The notes under the pieces were generated by a model, which made no database searches, was not told the DNA's origin, and saw nothing but the letters and a program-made list of their open reading frames with translations. A stretch of 32,000 bases of DNA from Candidatus Peribacter riflensis (lineage in GTDB: Bacteria > Patescibacteriota > Gracilibacteria > Peribacterales > Peribacteraceae). Shown piece by piece: positions 13,956-21,514 of the stretch. The stretch is taken from NCBI GenBank assembly GCA_001430755.1, contig CP013062.1, forward strand, positions 330,001-362,000, in the 5' to 3' direction. Position 1 is the first letter of the stretch. Every line of letters starts with the position of its first letter. A program made the translations under genes and the position numbers.

Positions 13956-13984
13956 ACACTAGAAGGGGAGCACGTTCGCGTCAA
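13956..13984 (-). promoter_or_regulatory. Candidate promoter (leaderless geometry) for the 13947 gene
   Basis: The minus strand reads TTGACG (13984-13979), a 17-nt spacer, then TAGTGT (13961-13956), followed by 8 nt before ATG 13947. Confidence 0.45.
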
Positions 13985-13988
13985 TTTC

Positions 13989-15548
13989 ATGAGGGGAATT
14001 CTCTGTTTGCTCTACAATCCTCCCGTGCCCACTCATCCGTTTGATCGTTATGCAGCCTTCACCGATCTCTCCGTGCTCAAAGCTGCGAGTGACCGGCCCC
14101 TGCGTAAATCCGTGCGCGTGAACACGCTCAAGTGCTCCGTAGCGGATTTCAAAGCATGGGCGCAAGAACAGGGGTGGTCCCTCACTCCGGTTCCGTGGTG
14201 GCCGGAGGGATTTTACGTTGATCGCACAGATCTCTCTACTGCTTTGGGCCGTGACCTTCGGCATTTGCTCGGGCACTTCTACATGCAGGAGGCGGCGAGC
14301 ATGCTGCCTGTGGCTCTGCTCGATCCTGCACCCGGCGAAGCGATTCTCGATCTCTGTGCGGCGCCCGGGAGCAAGACCACGCAGATAGCGGCGCGGATAG
14401 GACTAAGGACGAAGGACTTAGGACTAAAGGATTTGAAACACGCGCCACTGGCTTCTGATGATGCCTGTTTGGGTGTAGTTATTGCGAATGACATGCAGGA
14501 GAAGCGGCTTCGGGTGCTCAATGACGCTCTCCAGCGCACGGGCGCGACGAGTGTGGTCATCACGCGCAAAGTGGGCCAATGGTTTTCGAAGCACCTGACC
14601 GAGCGGTTTGACCGTGTGGTCTGCGATGCGCCCTGCACGGCGCAGGGAACGGCGCGCAAAGATCCAACAGCGCTCCAGTACTCCTCACAGGATTCCATCG
14701 AGAAGGCGGCGCGGCTCCAGTACCAGCTGCTCGAGGCCGCCATTCATGCTGCGAAAGTAGGCGGTCGCATCGTCTACTCTACGTGTACGTTAACGCCCGA
14801 GGAGAACGAGGGAGTGGTCCTGCAAATATTGAACAAATTTAGTGATCAACTTGAAGTCATCCATCCCAAGGAAGCCCTTCCTTCAGGGCTCAACTGGGAT
14901 ACGAGTGCCGCAATTTCCGACTCCGAAATCGTCCAAAAATCCCTAAACCCTAACCCTAACCCTAACCCTAACCCTAACCCTAACCTTCATCCTTTCCTCC
15001 GTCTCTGGCCACAGACCTATGACACCGAAGGATTCTTCTGCGCGGTACTCAAAAAGACGAAACCCACGCGCGCAGTCGAACCGCTCGAGATGTTCCCGCG
15101 CGCCGCACGGCTGCTCAGTCGCAAGAATGCAGAGGCCGTCTCACGCCTGTTCACGGAACAGTTTGGCACGGATTTTTTGCAGGATGACGAATGTCTGGTC
15201 GAGAAGGGTAATTTCATTCTCCTCGCAGGTGAAAAGGCACATGCCTTCCCGCTTCCGGTGACGGAGTATGCCATGGGTATTCCCTTCGCGAAGATTCTGC
15301 CGGATGGCAGATACCGCATCACCAATGAGCTCGCATCCCTACGTGGCCATCTGGCCTCGTCCCATGTACTGGAGCTCATGGAGGAGCAACTGCACGGCCT
15401 CCTCGCCGGCAAAGATATTCCTGTCGATTCTGCACTGCGTGGAGACACGATTCTCCGTCACCGTGGGATTTCGCTGGGGGTGGGGCTTTCAAAGGAGGGG
15501 ACGCTCCTGAATAGATTGCCAAGGTGGGTGGTCAAGTTAGGGAGCTAG
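13989..15548 (+). CDS. RsmB/RsmF (NOL1/NOP2/Sun) family rRNA cytosine-C5 methyltransferase
   Basis: RVNTLK, GHFYMQEAASMLP, LDLCAAPGSKTTQIA, RVVCDAPCTAQGTARKDP and GGRIVYSTCTLTPEENE (both catalytic Cys motifs). The track start at 13953 is a GTG that overlaps the divergent gene, so the ATG at 13989 seems more likely. Confidence 0.85.
   Translation: MRGILCLLYNPPVPTHPFDRYAAFTDLSVLKAASDRPLRKSVRVNTLKCSVADFKAWAQEQGWSLTPVPWWPEGFYVDRTDLSTALGRDLRHLLGHFYMQEAASMLPVALLDPAPGEAILDLCAAPGSKTTQIAARIGLRTKDLGLKDLKHAPLASDDACLGVVIANDMQEKRLRVLNDALQRTGATSVVITRKVGQWFSKHLTERFDRVVCDAPCTAQGTARKDPTALQYSSQDSIEKAARLQYQLLEAAIHAAKVGGRIVYSTCTLTPEENEGVVLQILNKFSDQLEVIHPKEALPSGLNWDTSAAISDSEIVQKSLNPNPNPNPNPNPNLHPFLRLWPQTYDTEGFFCAVLKKTKPTRAVEPLEMFPRAARLLSRKNAEAVSRLFTEQFGTDFLQDDECLVEKGNFILLAGEKAHAFPLPVTEYAMGIPFAKILPDGRYRITNELASLRGHLASSHVLELMEEQLHGLLAGKDIPVDSALRGDTILRHRGISLGVGLSKEGTLLNRLPRWVVKLGS
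14398..14442 (+). repeat. Imperfect direct repeat encoding an insertion (GLRTKDLGLKDLKH) after the SAM-binding motif
   Basis: TAGGACTAAGGA (14397-14408) recurs as TAGGACTAAAGGA (14419-14431). The segment sits between APGSKTTQIAARI and VVIANDMQEKR, which adjoin more closely in typical family members. Confidence 0.5.
14941..14985 (+). repeat. Telomere-like hexanucleotide microsatellite, CCCTAAA followed by (CCCTAA)x6, in frame
   Basis: The tract is perfect and is read as AAC CCT, giving (Asn-Pro)6 in ...VQKSLNPNPNPNPNPNPNLHPF... Confidence 0.95.
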
Positions 15549-15555
15549 CACCCTC

Positions 15556-16923
15556 TCACGCGCGTTCGTGTCTCAACAGCCACGACAGCACCGGGGGCGT
15601 TAACAGCGTCGTGAAGATGATGACGATCACGATCACCGAGAACATCTCATCACTGACCACGCCGAGACTCTTTCCGATGGTTGCGAAGATCAAGCCCACT
15701 TCTCCGCGCGGCACCATGCCCCATCCCACGAGCCACTTGCGCACGGGGCCGGCAGCGAGGCCGGCTGCGATCTTCCCGACGAAGGCCACTAATGTGATGA
15801 TGAGTGCCGTGAGCAGGATGGATCCGTTGAACATGGTCTCGAGCTTCACGCTCATGCCGGTCAGCACGAAGAAGAGAGGGACGAGGAAGTGCCCCACCGG
15901 CTCGATCAGGTCCTCGATGTGCCGGTGCGCATGCGGCTCGATCGCGGCGTGGAGCGCCTGCTTCGTCTCTTCATTGCATCCAGCCATGGCCTCTTTCACG
16001 TCGGCCACGACTTTCGGATCCTTGAAGTAGCGGAAGTGCACGGGATCCAGGACGAGGCCTGCGGCGAAGGCGCCGACGATCGGGGCGAGCCCCACCCACT
16101 GTGCAGCCGCAGCGAAGATCAGACAGAATGCGATGGCGAGTGTGAACTTCATGGCGATGCCCGTCTGGATCTTTGAGAATGCCTTGCCCAGCTGCGGCGC
16201 GGCCAGCTGCCCCACGAGGATGGCGCCGATGAGGAAGAGCAGTGCCTTGCTCGTGATCCAGCCGATTTCGAGCGCACTCACGGTTCCCGAGGTCGCGATG
16301 GCCGACACCACCGCGAGGATGATGAGGCCGAGCACATCATCGATGACGGCTGCCCCCAGCACGATCTGCGCCTCTGGCATCTGCAGCTTGCCCAGGTCTT
16401 TGAAGACGCGGGCGGTGATGCCCACGGAGGTCGCGGTGAGCGCCGCACCGAGAAAGAGGTACGCGGCGGTGGAGAGCCCTGGCAGCAGCCATGGTCCCAC
16501 AAGGTACGTTCCCGTGACGAAAGGCAGCACCACGCCGACAATGGCAACCAGAAAGGCCGGCAGGCCGACACGGCGCATCTTCTGGATATTCGATTCGAGC
16601 CCCACCTGAAAGAGCAGGATGACGACGCCTAGTTCCGCGAGGAATGCGAGCGTCCCATTCTCTTTGGCAGGTTCGAATATGTGAATGTTGAGCAGGACGA
16701 GGTTGCCCAGAATCACGCCCATGACGAGTTCACCCAGGACCGAAGCCTGTCCGACGCGCTCCACCAGCCCCGCGATTTTCGCGGCAATGAGCAGGACGGC
16801 GATCCAGAGGAAGGTCGCTGCATACGAATGGGCGCTTCCCCCTTCATTGGCGAAGGCAGCCGTCCCGGCGAGGGCGAGCAGTGGGAGGAGGAGGGCGACC
16901 GGGCGTCGGAGGGCAGTGAACAT
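15556..16923 (-). CDS. Cation:proton antiporter (CPA2 / Kef-type Na+/H+ exchanger family)
   Basis: 455 aa with about 12 TM helices. It shows AAKIAGLVERVGQASVLGELVMGVILG and a FLAELGVVILLFQVGLE-type motif, plus a cytoplasmic His-rich insert (IEPHAHRHIEDLIEP). Confidence 0.8.
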   Translation of the reverse strand: MFTALRRPVALLLPLLALAGTAAFANEGGSAHSYAATFLWIAVLLIAAKIAGLVERVGQASVLGELVMGVILGNLVLLNIHIFEPAKENGTLAFLAELGVVILLFQVGLESNIQKMRRVGLPAFLVAIVGVVLPFVTGTYLVGPWLLPGLSTAAYLFLGAALTATSVGITARVFKDLGKLQMPEAQIVLGAAVIDDVLGLIILAVVSAIATSGTVSALEIGWITSKALLFLIGAILVGQLAAPQLGKAFSKIQTGIAMKFTLAIAFCLIFAAAAQWVGLAPIVGAFAAGLVLDPVHFRYFKDPKVVADVKEAMAGCNEETKQALHAAIEPHAHRHIEDLIEPVGHFLVPLFFVLTGMSVKLETMFNGSILLTALIITLVAFVGKIAAGLAAGPVRKWLVGWGMVPRGEVGLIFATIGKSLGVVSDEMFSVIVIVIIFTTLLTPPVLSWLLRHERA

Positions 16924-16952
16924 GGCGGTGATTGGAAAAAAGAGTTTGGGGT

Positions 16953-16981
16953 ATTCTACGGATGGTTGTCTTCCGGTTCAA
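16953..16981 (-). promoter_or_regulatory. Candidate promoter of the antiporter gene
   Basis: The minus strand reads TTGAAC (16981-16976), a 17-nt spacer, then TAGAAT (16958-16953). About 29 nt then separate the -10 from ATG 16923, with no SD. Confidence 0.45.
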
Positions 16982-17014
16982 GCCTCTTTAGGGGGACTTT
17001 GACTGGTGCTTGGG

Positions 17015-17020
17015 TATACT
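17015..17020 (+). promoter_or_regulatory. -10 hexamer TATACT, 9 nt upstream of the dnaG ATG
   Basis: TATACT (17015-17020), then CTCTCCCCC, then ATG 17030. The only -35-like hexamer is TTGACT (16999-17004), just 10 nt upstream, so the -35 is unclear. Confidence 0.35.
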
Positions 17021-17029
17021 CTCTCCCCC

Positions 17030-18769
17030 ATGGATGAAGTTTCCGAGATCAAGGCGCGGCTACCGATCGAACAACTGGTCGCACAGTACTGCCAGCTCAA
17101 GAAGAAGGGGCGGACTCTGATCTGCCTCTGCCCGTTCCACAACGACACGCATCCGAGTCTGCAGGTCTCGCCCGACAAGGGCATTGCCTACTGCTTTGCG
17201 TGCCAAAAAGGCGGCGACATCTTCAAGTTCTACCAGGAGATCGAGAAGGTGGATTTTAAGCAGGCGCTCAAAGATCTGGCCGAAAAGACCGGTGTGAAAC
17301 TGGAGGAACGTTCGGAGCGGACGAGTCTTCCGAGAGACGAGAAGGAGCGGTTGCGTTCCTGTCTCGAAGCCGCCCAGAAGTTCTTTCGTGATCAGCTGAA
17401 GGTGTCTTCTGTTGCGCAGGAATACATGCGCAAGCGCCAGGTGCCCGCAGAGCAGATCGAGTTCTTCGGCCTCGGTTACGCGCCGGATTCCTTCTCTCTC
17501 ACCTACGAACACCTCTTGAAGCAGGGCTTCAGCCGCAGTGAAATCGTCGCCGCGGGTTTGGGGGTCCAGAAAGATCTGCAGGACGGGCGGATCTACGACC
17601 GGTTTCGAAACCGCCTGATGTTCCCGATCTTCGATCACCAGGGCAATCTGGTCGCCTTCGGTGGCCGGGCGCTGGGCGAGGAGGATGCGAAGTACGTGAA
17701 TTCCGCAGAGGGCCCCCTCTACAACAAATCTGCAATCCTCTATGGACTCAACTTCGCACGCGAGGCGATTCGTGAAAAGAAATCAGTCCTCCTCGTGGAG
17801 GGGTACTTCGATCTGCTCGCCTGCCACCGCGTGGGCTGCCCCAATGTCGTTGCGGTCAGCGGTACGGCGCTCACGGAGCAGCACGTGAAGCTCCTCAAGC
17901 GATCGACGGATACGGCTGTGCTCTGCCTCGATCAGGATCGTGCGGGGCACGATGCCGCCGAGCGTGCCTTCCAGCTCCTCGCCCGCGAGGGGTTTCAGGT
18001 GCAGGCCATTTCCATCACCGAAAAAGATCCCGACGAGGCGGCGAATGCGCATCCCGATGTACTCCGTCAGTTGCTCACCGATGGGGGAGTTCCCTACCTG
18101 GATGTCGTCTTGAGTGAAATACAGAAAGGAGGTACCGCGTCCGTTCAGAGCAAGCGTGCGGCACTGCAAAGGATGCTGCCGCTGCTCGATACCCTCGTTT
18201 CCTCCGTGGAGCAGGGTCACTACATCGCACGGATCGCCACTGCACTCGGTTCTACCGAGACGGCGGTGCGTGATGATTTGAAACGTCTGCCCCGCTTTAG
18301 TCCCCCCGCACATGAGCAGGATAGCAGTGCAGGCGAAAAGTCCGATCATTTCTCACCCATCGAGATCGCACTCGGGCTTTTTCTCGTGTATCCGCAACAC
18401 CGGTCACTGCTGCCCGAGCTCATTGCCCCCGAAGGGGGATTCGCCGGTGCGCTCTACGAGGCACTGAAGGATGCGCCCGAACAGAACGGTTCGGTGCAGG
18501 CACTCCCGCTTCCACCGGAGCACCGGGACCGCGCGGCCATTCTCCATCTCTTCTGCGAAGTGCACGGGTTTCTGGATTGGTCCGAGAGTCTCGCAGTCCG
18601 CGAGATCCGCAAAAACTGCCAGCGTGCCAATCACATCACCCTGAAACTCAAACAGCTCGAGATCGCCCAACTGCTGAAGGAAGCCCGTGTAGACGGGCGT
18701 TCGGCAGAAGAGGCGCAGCTCAGTACGCAGTACCAGCAGGTCCTTAAATTGGCAAAAATGGCAGGATGA
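17030..18769 (+). CDS. dnaG: DNA primase DnaG
   Basis: CHC2 zinc finger CPFHNDTHPSLQVSPDKGIAYCFACQKGGDIFKF and TOPRIM LLVEGYFDLLACH...DQDRAG. The track start at 17006 lies inside the putative promoter, so ATG 17030 (MDEVSEIKARLPIEQLV) is preferred. Confidence 0.95.
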   Translation: MDEVSEIKARLPIEQLVAQYCQLKKKGRTLICLCPFHNDTHPSLQVSPDKGIAYCFACQKGGDIFKFYQEIEKVDFKQALKDLAEKTGVKLEERSERTSLPRDEKERLRSCLEAAQKFFRDQLKVSSVAQEYMRKRQVPAEQIEFFGLGYAPDSFSLTYEHLLKQGFSRSEIVAAGLGVQKDLQDGRIYDRFRNRLMFPIFDHQGNLVAFGGRALGEEDAKYVNSAEGPLYNKSAILYGLNFAREAIREKKSVLLVEGYFDLLACHRVGCPNVVAVSGTALTEQHVKLLKRSTDTAVLCLDQDRAGHDAAERAFQLLAREGFQVQAISITEKDPDEAANAHPDVLRQLLTDGGVPYLDVVLSEIQKGGTASVQSKRAALQRMLPLLDTLVSSVEQGHYIARIATALGSTETAVRDDLKRLPRFSPPAHEQDSSAGEKSDHFSPIEIALGLFLVYPQHRSLLPELIAPEGGFAGALYEALKDAPEQNGSVQALPLPPEHRDRAAILHLFCEVHGFLDWSESLAVREIRKNCQRANHITLKLKQLEIAQLLKEARVDGRSAEEAQLSTQYQQVLKLAKMAG

Positions 18770-18770
18770 A

Positions 18771-18906
18771 GCGAGGAATGAAAGGAAAGAGAGAAAAAAA
18801 GAAAGAAAGGACGATGGGGAGTCGCACATACATTTGGCATGCGATGCTTTTCCGGTTCGTTTCTTTCCTTTGTTTCCTTTCCATCCTTTCTCTTCCTTTT
18901 TCCCTT
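18771..18906 (+). repeat. Polypurine arm / polypyrimidine arm imperfect inverted repeat filling the dnaG-rpoD spacer
   Basis: 18771-18813 is almost pure purine (GCGAGGAATGAAAGGAAAGAGAGAAAAAAAGAAAGAAAGGACG). 18858-18906 is almost pure pyrimidine (CGTTTCTTTCCTTTGTTTCCTTTCCATCCTTTCTCTTCCTTTTTCCC). The inner ends are complementary (AAAGAAA..CG / CGTTTCTTT). Confidence 0.7.
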
Positions 18907-18932
18907 GGCGTCCACTTGAAATTGCCTATACT
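18905..18932 (+). promoter_or_regulatory. Candidate rpoD promoter (leaderless geometry)
   Basis: TTGGCG (18905-18910), a 16-nt spacer, then TATACT (18927-18932), followed by 8 nt before ATG 18941. There is no SD. Confidence 0.45.
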
Positions 18933-18940
18933 GCTCGCAC

Positions 18941-20410
<1,470 letters not shown>

Positions 20411-20573
20411 AAAATTCATGAAAGACAAACCTACGGTTTTTCTCTCATGAGCTCTCTTTTCCCTTACATGGTGTCGCTCAGCGCTGGGTCCCGTCAGAGC
20501 CACCCACCGCTTCGCGACGATTTGTCTATTTCTCAAGTCTTCTGATGACCCAGTCGATGGTAAGATATTTTCC

Positions 20574-21206
20574 ATGTCACATTTCTCTCAATTCCTCGCC
20601 GTTGCGGTCATTCACTTTCTTGCTCTGATCAGTCCGGGGCCGGATTTCGCCATGATCAGCCGCTCAAGCCTGGTCTATTCGCGCCGGTCCGGCATCTACT
20701 CCGCCCTGGGGCTGGCACTGGGGATACTCGTGCACGTTACGTACTCGCTTGTGGGCATCGGGCTCATCATTTCGCAGTCGATCCTCCTCTTCTCGATCAT
20801 CAAGTACTTCGGCGCAGGCTACCTGATCTACATCGGGATCAAGTCTCTGCGCGCCCGGCGCGTGCATCAGACGGCGAAAGATCCTGAAGCAGTGGATCGC
20901 CACCTTCCTGCTCTGGCCGCACTGCGCGTCGGATTCCTCACCAATGTCCTTAATCCCAAAGTCACACTGTTCTTCCTGGGGCTCTTCACGCAGGTGATAA
21001 GGCCGGATACGCCGCTCTGGCTCCAGGTGCTCTACGGGCTCTGGATGTCGCTTGTCACATTCCTCTGGTTTGCGTTCGTGGCATCCGTACTCTCCCATTC
21101 CATCATCCGCAGGAGATTCGTTGCCGTACAGCACATCGTGGAGAGGGTGTGCGGGGGGCTCCTGATTGCCCTTGGCGTGCGTGTTGCAGTGGATCAGTCA
21201 CGGTAA
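20574..21206 (+). CDS. LysE/RhtB-family amino-acid exporter
   Basis: 210 aa with 5-6 TM helices. The N-terminal signature is FLALISPGPDFAMI, and NPKVTLFF is also present. Confidence 0.8.
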   Translation: MSHFSQFLAVAVIHFLALISPGPDFAMISRSSLVYSRRSGIYSALGLALGILVHVTYSLVGIGLIISQSILLFSIIKYFGAGYLIYIGIKSLRARRVHQTAKDPEAVDRHLPALAALRVGFLTNVLNPKVTLFFLGLFTQVIRPDTPLWLQVLYGLWMSLVTFLWFAFVASVLSHSIIRRRFVAVQHIVERVCGGLLIALGVRVAVDQSR

Positions 21207-21270
21207 ACCAGATTGTTCTTGCTTCGCAGAAGAGGGTGGGTATTCTGTCGCCCCTTTTCCCCTCTTCGCA

Positions 21271-21483
21271 ATGACAGGTACTCCTGATGGCGCAAAAATG
21301 AATTACCTCGATGGCCACGTCACCCGAGTGGAAGATACGAGTGTTGAGATCACGGACGCAACGGAGAAAGCCCATATTCTCCATTATCCTCAGGCGAAGG
21401 TGCGGTTTACGGTCGGGCAGGTGCTGCATGTACGTGTCCATAAGGATGGTGCAGGACAGATGGCGATCGATGCAATCGTGTAA
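21271..21483 (+). CDS. Small hypothetical protein (~70 aa, beta-rich)
   Basis: MTGTPDGAKMNYLDGHVTRVEDTSVEITDATEKAHILHYPQAKVRFTVGQVLHVRVHKDGAGQMAIDAIV. The track ORF from 21166 overlaps lysE, so an internal ATG is preferred. I saw no SD or -10, and the start is uncertain. Confidence 0.35.
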   Translation: MTGTPDGAKMNYLDGHVTRVEDTSVEITDATEKAHILHYPQAKVRFTVGQVLHVRVHKDGAGQMAIDAIV

Positions 21484-21514
21484 GTCCGGTGCAGAACAAT
21501 GCTATGCTTTCCGC

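Noticed and set aside
14941-14985. Telomere-like CCCTAA repeat as evidence of eukaryotic contamination or a linear-replicon end
   Set aside because: The tract is internal. It is in frame, and methyltransferase-homologous sequence in the same reading frame flanks it on both sides. An in-gene microsatellite is therefore more parsimonious. Chimerism still deserves a read-level check and is reported as a finding.
16999-17020. TGAC(C/T)-N10-TAnnnT as an alternative promoter architecture (dnaG 16999, lysE-like 20545, M23 12884)
   Set aside because: Three instances share the 10-nt spacing, but the pattern is absent from the other leaderless-type promoters. The M23 gene has a better TTGGCG at canonical 17-nt spacing. 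Support is too thin to call.
18774-18787. 14-nt identity AGGAATGAAAGGAA shared between the dnaG-rpoD spacer and the reductase minisatellite (30129..30142)
   Set aside because: The sequence is low-complexity and purine-only. By a rough estimate, one or more chance 14-mer matches are expected between two strands of 32 kb. The flanks do not extend the match, so this is not evidence for a mobile mini-element.
21311-21514. N-terminal 68 codons of the 1,057-aa track ORF
   Set aside because: The segment is Arg/Cys-rich nonsense (MATSPEWKIRVLRSRTQRRK...). It overlaps the small ORF 21271..21483 in another frame. ATG 21515 has a -10 hexamer 6 nt upstream, and the helicase homology starts shortly after it.
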